This document shows, in pieces, positions 42,483 to 56,600 of a stretch of DNA of 64,000 nt (its first letter is position 1; each line of letters begins with the position of its first letter). The notes below the pieces were generated by a model, which did no database searches, was not told where the DNA came from, and was given only the letters and a program-made list of their open reading frames with translations. Source of the stretch: the human T2T-CHM13v2.0 reference genome, Homo sapiens; NCBI RefSeq assembly GCF_009914755.1, contig NC_060939.1. One strand, given 5' to 3'. Both the position numbers and the translations under genes were made by a program.

Positions 42483-45400
42483 CTATTTCATTCCATTCGA
42501 TTCCCTTCCATTGGACTCCTTTCCATTCGAGTGCATTCCATTCCGTTCCATTTCTTTCGGTTCTGTATGATTCCTACCATTCGATTTCATTTTGTTCAAG
42601 TCTATTCCTTTCAAGTCCATTCCATTCCATTTCACTCCATTCGATTCCATTCCACTCGATTCCACTCCGTTCCATTTCATTGCATTCCATTCTATTCAAT
42701 TCTATTGCATTGCATTCCATTCCATTTGATTACATTCCATGCGACTCCATTCGAATTCGAATCAATTACATTGAAATCCATTACTACTGAGTCCGTTTTA
42801 TTCCAGTCCACTCCATTCTGCTCCATTCCATTTGATTCCATTCCATTCTATTCCATTCCGTACAGTTGCATTCCATTGGATTCCATTCTACATCTATAAA
42901 TTCAACTCGAGACCATTGCTTTTGAGTCCATTCTATATGATTCCATTCCATTCAAGTCCATTACATTTATTTCAATTCCATTCCATTCCATTCCCTTCCA
43001 TTCCATTCCATTTGATATCAATCCATTCGATTCCATTCCATTCGAGCACATTCCTTTCGAGTCCATTCCATTCGATGCCATTCCATTTGATTCTATTCCA
43101 TTAGTCTCCATTCAATTCCATTAATCTCCATTCCATTCCATTCTACTCCAGCTGATTCCATTCCATTCTATTCCTTTCCGTTCCATTCCATTCCATTCCA
43201 TTCGCTACCATTCCATTCGTGTCCATTCCACTCCAGTCCATTCCGTTCGTGTCCTTTCCATTCCAGTCCATTCCATTTGTGTCCACTGCATTCCATTCCA
43301 CTCCATTCCATATTATTCCATTACACTCCATTCCATTCTATTACTTTCATTTCCTTTCAGTTCCATTCGATTTGATTCCATTCCACTCGGTTTCACTCTA
43401 TTTGAGTTCATTCCATTCCATTCCATTCCATTCCATTCCATTCTGTTCCATTCCATTCCATTCCATTCGGTACCATTCCATATTGTTCCATTCGATTCCA
43501 TTCGAATCCATTCCATTCCAGTCCATTCCATTCGATTCCATTCCATTCCTTTCAATTCCATTCCATTCCATTCGATTCCACTTGATTCCACTCCATTCCC
43601 TTCCACTGCATTCCATTCGATTCCATTCCATTGCATTGCATTCCATTCCATTGGATTGGATTCCATTCGATTCCATTCCATTCCAATCAATTACATAGCA
43701 GTCCATTACATTCGAGTCTATTCTATTCCGTTCCATTCGATTTCGTTGCAATCCATTCGATTCCATTCCATTCGATTCCATTCCATACTATTGCCTTCCA
43801 TTCGATTAAATTATATTCGAATAAATTCCATTCAAGACCATTTCTGTTGAGTCTATTCTACTTGAGTCCATTCCTTTTGATTCCATAACATTTGAGTCCA
43901 TTCAATTCCATTCCTTTCGTTTCCATTCCATTTGATGCCATTCCATTCAATTCTGTTCTACTCGACTCCAATACATTCAATTCCATTCCATCCGATTCCA
44001 TTACATTCTTTTCATTTCTTATCCATTTCAAGCCATTCCATTCCATTCCATTCCATTCCACTCGTTTCCTTACCATTCGAGTCCATTCCACTCCTGTCCA
44101 TTCCATTCGAATCCATTTCACTCCAGTCCATTCCATTCGAATCCATTTCACTCCAGTCCATTAAATTCGAGTACATTCCATTCCATTCTATTCAATGCCA
44201 TTCCATTCGATTCTATTCCATTCGACACCATTCCTTTCCATTCCGTTCCATCCGATTCCATTCCATTGTATTCCATTCAATTCCATTCCATTGCATTCCA
44301 TTCGTTTCCATTCCATTCGAATTCATTCCACTCAAGTCCATTCCATTCGAATCCATTCCATTCGATATCATTCCATACTATTGCATTCCATTCGATTCCA
44401 TTGTTTTCGAATAAATTCCAACCGAGACCGTTCCTTTCGTGTCCATTCTATTTGACTGCATTCCATTTGAGTCCATTAAATTTCTGCACATTCCATTCCT
44501 TTCCATTCCATTCCATTCCATTCCTTTCGGTGCCATTCCATTCCACTCTACTCCATTCCAGTCCATTCCATTCGATTCCATTCCATTCCAGTCCATTCCA
44601 TTCAAGTCCATTCCACTCCATTCCATTCCATTCGATATCTTTCGATAACACCCCATTCCATTCTGCTCCTTACTATTCAATTCAATTCCATTCCATTTGA
44701 TTCCATTCCATTTGATTACATTCCATTCGACTCCATTCCATTCGACTCTATTCCATTCGAGTCCATTCCATTCCATTCCATTGCATTCCGTTCGAATCCC
44801 TATTCCATTCCATTTTGTTACTGTCCATTCCATTTGAGTCCATTCCACGCAAAACCATTCCATTCGATTCCATTCCAATAGATTCCATTGCACTCGAATC
44901 CAGTGCGTTCCATTCCTTTGCTTTCCATTCTATTACATTCCATTCAATTTGATTGCATTACATTCCATTCCATTTGATTGCATTCCATTCAATTCCATTA
45001 ATTTCGAATCAATCACATTGCAATCCATTGCATTCGAGTTCTATTCCAGTCCATTGCATTCCGGCGCATGCCGTTCCATTCCATTCCATTCGCTTCCGTT
45101 CCATTCGAATCGATTGCATTGCAATGCTTCACATTCGAGTCCGTTTTATTCCAGTCCAATCCATTCCGGTCCATTACGTTCGATTCCATTCCATTAGATG
45201 CCACTCCATACTATTGTATTTCATTCGATTCCATTCTATTCAAATAAATTCCATTCGAGACCATTCGTTTCGAGTCCATTCTATTTGAGTCCATTCCATT
45301 CGAGTCCATTATATTTGGGTCCATTCCATTCAATTCCATTGCAATCCATTCCATTCGATGTCACTCCATTCATTTCTATTCCATTAGAGTCCATGTCATT

Positions 45401-48400
45401 CGAGTCCATTCCATTGTATTCTATTCCACTCCATTCCGTTCCATTCCACTCCATTCCATTAGTTGCCGTTCCATTCAATTCTATTATATTCCACTCCATT
45501 TAATTCCATTCCATTCCATTCTATCCAATTCCGTTCCATTCTATTCCTTTAATGTCCATTCCATTCCATTCCATTCGTTTCCATTCCATTCGAGTAAACT
45601 CCACTCCAGTCCTTTCCATTCTAGTCCATTCCTCTCCAGTCCATTCCGTTCAATCCATTCCATTCCAGTCCATTCTATTCGAGTCCGTTCCATTCCAGTC
45701 CATTCCATTCGAGTCAATTCCATTCCATTCGATATCTTTCCATAACGATCCATTCCATTCTATTCCTTTCGATTCCATTCAATTCCATTCCATTCTATTT
45801 CATTCCATTCGATTCCCTTCCATTGGACTCCTTTCCATTCGAGTGCATTCCATTCCGTTCCATTTCTTTCGGTTCTGTATGATTCCTACCGTTCGATTTC
45901 ATTTTGTTCAAGTCTATTCCTTTCAAGTCCATTCCATTCCATTTCACTCCATTCGATTCCATTCCACTCGATTCCACTCCGTTCCATTTCATTGCATTCC
46001 ATTCTATTCAATTCTATTGCATTGCATTCCATTCCATTTGATTACATTCCATGCGACTCCATTCGAATTCGAATCAATTACATTGAAATCCATTACTACT
46101 GAGTCCGTTTTATTCCAGTCCACTCCATTCTGCTCCATTCCATTTGATTCCATTCCATTCTATTCCATTCCGTACAGTTGCATTCCATTGGATTCCATTC
46201 TACATCTATAAATTCAACTCGAGACCATTGCTTTTGAGTCCATTCTATATGATTCCATTCCATTCAAGTCCATTACATTTATTTCAATTCCATTCCATTC
46301 CATTCCCTTCCATTCCATTCCATTTGATATCAATCCATTCGATTCCATTCCATTCGAGCACATTCCTTTCGAGTCCATTCCATTCGATGCCATTCCATTT
46401 GATTCTATTCCATTAGTCTCCATTCAATTCCATTAATCTCCATTCCATTCCATTCTACTCCAGCTGATTCCATTCCATTCTATTCCTTTCCGTTCCATTC
46501 CATTCCATTCCATTCGCTTCCATTCCATTCGTGTCCATTCCACTCCAGTCCATTCCGTTCGTGTCCTTTCCATTCCAGTCCATTCCATTTGTGTCCACTG
46601 CATTCCATTCCACTCCATTCCATATTATTCCATTACACTCCATTCCATTCTATTACTTTCATTTCCTTTCAGTTCCATTCGATTTGATTCCATTCCACTC
46701 GGTTTCACTCTATTTGAGTTCATTCCATTCCATTCCATTCCATTCCATTCCATTCTGTTCCATTCCATTCCATTCCATTCGGTACCATTCCATATTGTTC
46801 CATTCGATTCCATTCGAATCCATTCCATTCCAGTCCATTCCATTCGATTCCATTCCATTCCTTTCAATTCCATTCCATTCCATTCGATTCCACTTGATTC
46901 CACTCCATTCCCTTCCACTGCATTCCATTCGATTCCATTCCATTGCATTGCATTCCATTCCATTGGATTGCATTCCATTCGATTCCATTCCATTCCAATC
47001 AATTACATAGCAGTCCATTACATTCGAGTCTATTCTATTCCGTTCCATTCGATTTCGTTGCAATCCATTCGATTCCATTCCATTCGATTCCATTCCATAC
47101 TATTGCCTTCCATTCGATTAAATTATATTCGAATAAATTCCATTCAAGACCATTTCTGTTGAGTCTATTCTACTTGAGTCCATTCCTTTTGATTCCATAA
47201 CATTTGAGTCCATTCAATTCCATTCCTTTCGTTTCCATTCCATTTGATGCCATTCCATTCAATTCTGTTCTACTCGACTCCAATACATTCAATTCCATTC
47301 CATCCGATTCCATTACATTCTTTTCATTTCTTATCCATTTCAAGCCATTCCATTCCATTCCATTCCATTCCACTCGTTTCCTTACCATTCGAGTCCATTC
47401 CACTCCTGTCCATTCCATTCGAATCCATTTCACTCCAGTCCATTCCATTCGAATCCATTTCACTCCAGTCCATTAAATTCGAGTACATTCCATTCCATTC
47501 TATTCAATGCCATTCCATTCGATTCTATTCCATTCGACACCATTCCTTTCCATTCCGTTCCATCCGATTCCATTCCATTGTATTCCATTCAATTCCATTC
47601 CATTGCATTCCATTCGTTTCCATTCCATTCGAATTCATTCCACTCAAGTCCATTCCATTCGAATCCATTCCATTCGATATCATTCCATACTATTGCATTC
47701 CATTCGATTCCATTGTTTTCGAATAAATTCCAACCGAGACCGTTCCTTTCGTGTCCATTCTATTTGACTGCATTCCATTTGAGTCCATTAAATTTCTGCA
47801 CATTCCATTCCTTTCCATTCCATTCCATTCCATTCCTTTCGGTGCTATTCCATTCCACTCTACTCCATTCCAGTCCATTCCATTCGATTCCATTCCATTC
47901 CAGTCCATTCCATTCAAGTCCATTCCACTCCATTCCATTCCATTCGATATCTTTCGATAACACCCCATTCCATTCTGCTCCTTACTATTCAATTCAATTC
48001 CATTCCATTTGATTCCATTCCATTTGATTACATTCCATTCGACTCCATTCCATTCGACTCTATTCCATTCGAGTCCATTCCATTCCATTCCATTGCATTC
48101 CGTTCGAATCCCTATTCCATTCCATTTTGTTACTGTCCATTCCATTTGAGTCCATTCCACGCAAAACCATTCCATTCGATTCCATTCCAATAGATTCCAT
48201 TGCACTCGAATCCAGTGCGTTCCATTCCTTTGCTTTCCATTCTATTACATTCCATTCAATTTGATTGCATTACATTCCATTCCATTTGATTGCATTCCAT
48301 TCAATTCCATTAATTTCGAATCAATCACATTGCAATCCATTGCATTCGAGTTCTATTCCAGTCCATTGCATTCCGGCGCATGCCGTTCCATTCCATTCCA

Positions 48401-50643
48401 TTCGATTCCATTACATTCGATTCCATTCCATACCATTGCATTCCATTCGATTAAATTATATTAGAATAAATTCCATTCAAGACCATTTCTGTTGAGTACA
48501 TTCTACTTGAGTCCATTCCCTTTGATTCCATAAAATTTGAGTCCATTCAATTCCATTCCATTCGTTTCCATTCCATTTGATGCCATTCCATTCAATTCTG
48601 TTCTACTCGACTCCAATACATTCAATTCCATTCCATCCGATTCCATTACATTCTTTTCATTTCTTATCCATTTCAAGCCATTCCATTCCATTCCATTCCA
48701 TTCCACTCGTTTCCTTTCCATTCGAGTCCATTCCACTCCTGTCCATTCCATTCGAATCCATTTCACTCCAGTCCATTCCATTCGAATCCATTTCACTCCA
48801 GTCCATTAAATTCGAGTACATTCCATTCCATTCTATTCAATGCCATTCCATTCGATTCTATTCCATTCGACACCATTCCTTTCCATTCCGTTCCATCCGA
48901 TTCCATTCCATTGTATTCCATTCAATTCCATTCCATTGCATTCCATTCGTTTCCATTGCATTAGAATTCATTCCACTCAAGTCCATTCCATTCGAGTCCA
49001 TTGCATTCGATATCATTCCATACTATTGCATTCCATTCGATTCCATTGTTTTCCAATAAATTCCAACCGAGACCATTCCTTTCGTGTCCATTCTATTTGA
49101 CTGCATTCCATTTGAGTCCATTAAATTTCTGCACATTCCATTCCTTTCCATTCCTTTCCATTCCATTCCTTTCGGTGCCATTCCATTACACTCTAATCAA
49201 TTCAAGTCCATTCCATATGAGTCCATTCCATTGATTCGATGCCATGACATTCAATTCTATTCCATTCGACTCCATTCCATTCCTTTCCCTTCCAAACGAT
49301 TCCATTCCATTCTATTAGTTTCTAATCCAATCCATTCCATTCCGTTCCATTCGTTTCCATTCCATTCGTGTCCACTCCATTCCAGTCCATTCCGTTCGAG
49401 TCCATTCCATTCCAGTCCATTCCATTCAAGTCCATTCTACTCCATTCCATTCCATTCGATATCTTTCGATAACACCCCATTCCATTCTGCTCCTTACTAT
49501 TCAATTCAATTCCATTCCATTTGATTCCATTCCATTTGATTACATTCCATTCGACTCCATTCCATTCCACTCTATTCCATTCGAGTCCATTCCATTCCAT
49601 TCCATTGCACTCCGTTCGAATCCCTATTCCATTCCATTCTGTTACTGTCCATTCCATTTGAGTCCATTCCATGCCAAACCATTCCATTCGATTCCATTCC
49701 AATAGATTCCATTGCACTCGAATCCAGTGCGTTCCATTCCATTGCTTTCCATTCTATTACATTCCATTGCATTACATTCCATTCCATTTGATTGCATTCC
49801 ATTCAATTCCATTAATTTCGAATCAATTACATTGCAATCCATTGCATTCGAGTTCTATTCCAGTCCATTGCATTCCGGCGCATGCCGTTCCATTCCATTC
49901 CATTCACTTCCGTTCCATTCGAATCGATTGCATTGCAATGCTTTACATTCGAGTCCGTTTTATTCCAGTCCAATCCATTCGGGTCCATTCCGTTCGATTC
50001 CATTCCATTCGATGCCTCTCCATACTATTGTATTTCGTTCGATTCCATTCTATTCAAATAAATTCCATTCGAGACCATTCCTTTCGAGTCCATTCTATTT
50101 GAGTCCATTCCATTCGAGTCCATTATATTTGGGTCCATTCCATTCAATTCCATTGCAATCCATTCCATTCGATGTCACTCCATTCATTTCTATTCCATTA
50201 GAGTCCATGTCATTGGAGTCCATTCCATTCTATTCTATTCCACTCCATTCCATTCCAGTCCACTCCATTCCATTCGTTGCCTTTCCATTCCATTCTATTC
50301 TATTCCACTCCATTTAATTCCATTCCATTCCATTCCATTCTATCCAATTCCGTTCCATTCTATTCCTTTAAAGTCCATTCCATTCCATTCCATTCGTTTC
50401 CATTCCATTCGTGTAAAGTCCACTCCAGTCCTTTCCTTTCGAGTCCATTCCTCTCCAGTCCATTCCGTTCAATCCATTCCATTCCAGTCCATTCCTTTCG
50501 AGTCCGTTCCATTCCAGTCCATTCCATTCGAGTCCGTTCCATTCCAGTCCATTCCATTCGAGTCAATTCCATTCCATTCGATATCTTTCCATAACGATCC
50601 ATTCCATTCTATTCCTTTCGATTCCATTCAATTCCATTCCATT
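42483..50643 (+). repeat. Monomers U12 (3,312 bp) and U13 (4,849 bp composite): recent tandem duplication followed by a rearrangement junction at ~48.4 kb
   Basis: Landmarks 42483, 45795, 50644; ORFs repeat at offset 3,312. Confidence 0.83.
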
Positions 50644-53600
50644 CTATTTCATTCCATTCGATTCCCTTCCATTGGACTCCTTTCCATTCGAGTGCATTCC
50701 ATTCCGTTCCATTTCTTTCTGTTCTGTATGATTCCTACCGTTCGATTTCATTTTGTTCCAGTCTATTCCTTTCAAATCCATTCCATTCCATTTCACTCCA
50801 TTCGATTCCATTCCACTCGATTCCACTCCATTCCATTTCATTGCATTCCATTCTATTCAATTCTATTGCATTCCACTCCATTCCATTTGATTACATTCCA
50901 TGCGATTCCATTCGAATTCGAATCAATTACATTGAAATCCATTACTATTGAGTCCGTTTTATTCCAGTCCACTCCATTCTGCTCCATTCCATTTGATTCC
51001 ATTCCATTCTATTCCATTCCGTACAGTTGCATTCCATTGGATTCCATTCTATATCTATAAATTCAACTCGAGACCATTGCTTTTGAGTCCATTCTATATG
51101 ATTCCATTCCATTCAAGTCCATTACATTTGGTTCAATTCCATTCCATTCCATTCCCTTCCATTCCATTCCATTTGATATCAATCCATACGATTCCATTCC
51201 ATTCGAGCACATTCCATTCGAGTCCATTCCATTCGATGCCATTCCGTTTAATTCTATTCCATTAGACTCCATTCAATTCCATTAATCTCCATTCCATTCC
51301 ATTCTACTCCAACTGATTCCATTCCATTCTATTCCTTTCCATTCCATTCCATTCGCTTCCATTCCATTCGTGTCCATTCCACTCCAGTCCATTCCATTCG
51401 TGTCCATTCCATTCCAGTCCATTCCATTTGTGTCCACTGCATTCCATTCCACTCCATTCCATATTATTCCATTACACTCCATTCCATTCTATTACTTTCG
51501 TTTCCATTCAGTTCCATTCCACTTGATTCCATTCCACTCGGTTTCACTCCATTTGAGTCCATTCCATTCCATTCCATTCCATTCCATTCCATTCTGTTCC
51601 ATTCCATTCCATTCCATTCCATTGGGTACCATTCCATATTGTTCCATTCGATTCCATTCGAATCCATTCCATTCCAGTCCATTCCATTGGATTCCATTCC
51701 ATTCCTTTCAATTCCATTCCATTCCATTCGATTCCACTTGATTCCACTCAATTCCCTTCCACTGCATTCCATTCGATTCCATTCCATTGCATTGCATTCC
51801 ATTCCATTGGATTGCATTCCTTTCGATTCCATTCCATTCGAATCAATTACATAGCAATCCATTACATTCGAATCTGTTCTATTCCGTTCCATTCGATTTC
51901 ATTCCAATCCATTCGATTCCATTCCATTCGATTCCATTCCATACTATTGCCGTCCATTCGATTAAATTATATTAGAATAAATTCCATTCAAGACCATTTC
52001 TGTTGAGTACATTCTACTTGAGTCCATTCCCTTTGATTCCATAAAATTTGAGTCCATTCAATTCCATTCCTTTCGTTTCCATTCCATTTGATGCCATTCC
52101 ATTCAATTCTGTTCTACTCGACTCCAATACATTCAATTCCATTCCATCCGATTCCATTACATTCTTTTCATTTCTTATCCATTTCAAGCCATTCCATTCC
52201 ATTCCACTCGTTTCCTTTCCATTCGAGTCCATTCCACTCCAGTCCATTCCATTCGAATCCATTTCACTCCAGTCCATTCCATTCGAATCCATTTCACTCC
52301 AGTCCTTTAAATTCGAGTACATTCCATTCCATTCTATTCAATGCCATTCCATTCGATTCTATTCCATTCGACACCATTCCTTTCCATTCCGATCCATCCG
52401 ATTCCATTCCATTGTATTCCATTCAATTCCATTCCATTGCATTCCATTCGTTTCCATTCCATTCGAATTCATTCCACTCAAGTCCATTCCATTCGAGTCC
52501 ATTCCATTCGATATCATTCCATACTATTGCATTCCATTCGATTCCACTGTTTTCGAATAAATTCCAAAATAGACCATTCCTTTCGTGTCCATTCTATTTG
52601 ACTGCATTCCATTTGAGTCCATTAAATTTCTGCACATTTCATTCCTTTCCATTCCATTCCATTCCATTCCTTTCGTTGCCATCCCATTCCACTCTAATTC
52701 ATTCAAGTCCATTCCATTTGAGTCCATTCCATTGATTCGATGCCATGACATTCAATTCTATTGCATTCGACTCCATTCCATTCCATTCCCTTCCAAACGA
52801 TTCCATTCCATTCTATTACTTTCTATTCCAATCCATTCCATTCCGTTCCATTCGTTTCCATTCCATTCGTGTCCACTTCATTCCAGTCCATTCCATTCGC
52901 GTCCATTCCATTCCATTTCATTCAAGTCCATTCCACTCCATTCCATTCCATTCGATATCCTTCGATAACACCCCATTCCATTCTGTTCCTTACTATTCAA
53001 TTAAATTCCATTCCATTTGATTCCATTCCATTTGATTACATTCCATTCGACTCCATTCCATTCGACTCTATTCCATTCGAGTCCATTCCATTCCATTCCA
53101 TTGCATTCCGTGCCAATCCCTATTCCATTCCCTTTTGTTACTGTCCATTCCATTTGAGTCCATTCCATGCCAAACCATTCCATTCGATTCCATTCCAATA
53201 GATTCCATTGCACTCGAATCCAGTGCGTTCCATTCCATTGCTTTCCATTCTATTACATTCCATTGCATTACATTCCATTCCATTTGATTGCATTCCATTC
53301 AATTCCATTAATTTCGAATCAATTACATTGCAATCCATTGCATTCGGGTTCTATTCCAGTCCATTGCATTCCGGCGCATGCCGTTCCATTCCATTCCATT
53401 CGCTTCCGTTCCATTCGAATTGATTGCATTGCAATGCTTCACATTCGAGTCCGTTTTATTCCAGTCCAATCCATTCCGGTCCATTCCGTTCGATTCCATT
53501 CCATTCGATGCCACTCCATACTATTGTATTTCATTCGATTCCATTCTATTCAAATAAATTCCATTCGAGACCATTCGTTTCGAGTCCATTCTATTTGAGT

Positions 53601-56600
53601 CCATTCCATTCGAGTCCATTATATTTGGGTCCATTCCATTCAATTCCATTGCAATCCATTCCATTCGATGTCACTCCATTCATTTCTATTCCATTAGAGT
53701 CCATGTCATTCGAGTCCATTCCATTGTATTCTATTCCACTCCATTTCATTCCATTCCACTCCATTCCATTCGTTGCCGTTCCATTCAATTCTATTATATT
53801 CCACTCCATTTAATTCCATTCCATTCCATTCCATTCCATTCTATCCAATTCCGTTCCATTCTATTCCTTTAAAGTCCATTCCATTCCATTCCATTCGTTT
53901 CCATTCCATTCGAGTAAAGTCCACTCCAGTCCTTTCCATTCGAGTCCATTCCTCTCCAGTCCATTCCGTTCAATCCATTCCATTCCAGTCCATTCCATTC
54001 GAGTCCGTTCCATTCCAGTCCATTCCATTCGAGTCAATTCCATTCCATTCGATATCTTTCCATAACGATCCATTCCATTCTATTCCTTTCGATTCCATTC
54101 AATTCCATTCCATTCTATTTCATTCCATTCGATTCCCTTCCATTGGACTCCTTTCCATTCGAGTGCATTCCATTCCGTTCCATTTCTTTCTGTTCTGTAT
54201 GATTCCTACAGTTCGATTTCATTTTGTTCCAGTCTATTCCTTTCAAGTCCATTCCATTCCATTTCACTCCATTCGATTCCATTCCACTCGATTCCACTCC
54301 GTTCCATTTCATTGCATTCCATTCTATTCAATTCTATTGCATTCCATTCCTTTCCATTTGATTACATTCCATGCGATTCCATTCGAATTCGAATCAATTA
54401 CATTGAAATCCATTACTATTGAGTCCGTTTTATTCCAGTCCACTCCATTCTGCTCCATTCCATTTGATTCCATTCCATTCTATTCCATTCCGTACAGTTG
54501 CATTCCATTGGATTCCATTCTATATCTATAAATGAAACTCGAGACCATTGCTTTTGAGTCCATTCTATATGATTCCATTCCATTCAAGTCCATTACATTT
54601 GGTTCAATTCCATTCCATTCCATTCCCTTCCATTCCATTCCATTTGATATCAATCCATACGATTTCATTCCATTCGAGCACATTCCATTCGAGTGCATTC
54701 CATTCGATGCCATTCCGTTTAATTCTATTCCATTAGACTCCATTCAATTCCATTAATCTCCATTCCATACCATTCTACTCCAACTGATTCCATTCCATTC
54801 TATTCCTTTCCATTCCATTCCATTCGCTTCCATTCCATTCGTGTCCATTCCACTCCAGTCCATTCCATTCGTGTCCATTCCATTCCAGTCCATTCCATTT
54901 GTGTCCACTGCATTCCATTCCACTCCATTCCATATTATTCCATTACACTCCATTCCATTCTATTACTTTCGTTTCCATTCAGTTCCATTCCATTTGATTC
55001 CATTCCACTCGGTTTCACTCCATTTGAGTCCATTCCATTCCATTCCATTCCATTCCATTCCATTCCATTCCATTCCATTCCATTCTGTTCCATTCCATTC
55101 CATTCCATTCCATTGGGTACCATTCCATATTGTTCCATTCGATTCCATTCGAATCCATTCCATTCCAGTCCATTCCATTGGATTCCATTCCATTCCTTTC
55201 AATTCCATTCCATTCCATTCGATTCCACTTGATTCCACTCAATTCCCTTCCACTGCATTCCATTCGATTCCATTCCATTGCATTGCATTCCATTCCATTG
55301 GATTGCATTCCTTTCGATTCCATTCCATTCGAATCAATTACATAGCAATCCATTACATTCGAATCTGTTCTATTCCGTTCCATTCGATTTCATTCCAATC
55401 CATTCGATTCCATTCCATTCGATTCCATTCCATACTATTGCATTCCATTCGATTAAATTATATTAGAATAAATTCCATTCAAGACCATTTCTGTTGAGTA
55501 CATTCTACTTGAGTCCATTCCCTTTGATTCCATAAAATTTGAGTCCATTCAATTCCATTCCATTCGTTTCCATTCCATTTGATGCCATTCCATTCAATTC
55601 TGTTCTACTCGAGTCCAATACATTCAATTCCATTCCATCCGATTCCATTACATTCTTTTCATTTCTTATCCATTTCAAGCCATTCCATTCCATTCCATTC
55701 CATTCCACTCGTTTCCTTTCCATTCGAGTCCATTCCACTCCAGTCCATTCCATTCGAATCCATTTCACTCCAGTCCATTCCATTCGAATCCATTTCACTC
55801 CAGTCCTTTAAATTCGAGTACATTCCATTCCATTCTATTCAATGCCATTCCATTCGATTCTATTCCATTCGACACCATTCCTTTCCATTCCGATCCATCC
55901 GATTCCATTCCATTGTATTCCATTCAATTCCATTCCATTGCATTCCATTCGTTTCCATTCCATTCGAATTCATTCCACTCAAGTCCATTCCATTCGAGTC
56001 CATTCCATTCGATATCATTCCATACTATTGCATTCCATTCGATTCCACTGTTTTCGAATAAATTCCAAACGAGACCATTCCTTTCGTGTCCATTCTATTT
56101 GACTGCATTCCATTTGAGTCCATTAAATTTCTGCACATTTCATTCCTTTCCATTCCATTCCATTCCATTCCTTTCGGTGCCATCCCATTCCACTCTAATT
56201 CATTCAAGTCCATTCCATTTGAGTCCATTCCATTGATTCGATGCCATGACATTCAATTCTATTGCATTCGACTCCATTCCATTCCATTCCCTTCCAAACG
56301 ATTCCATTCCATTCTATTACTTTCTATTCCAATCCATTCCATCCCGTTCCATTCGTTTCCATTCCATTCGTGTCCACTTCATTCCAGTCCATTCCATTCG
56401 CGTCCATTCCATTCCATTCCATTCCATTCAAGTCCATTCCACTCCATTCCATTCCATTCGATATCTTTCGATAACACCCCATTCCATTCTGCTCCTTACT
56501 ATTCAATTCAATTCCATTCCATTTGATTCCATTCCATTTGATTACATTCCATTCGACTCCATTCCATTCGACTCTATTCCGTTCGAGTCCATTCCATTCC

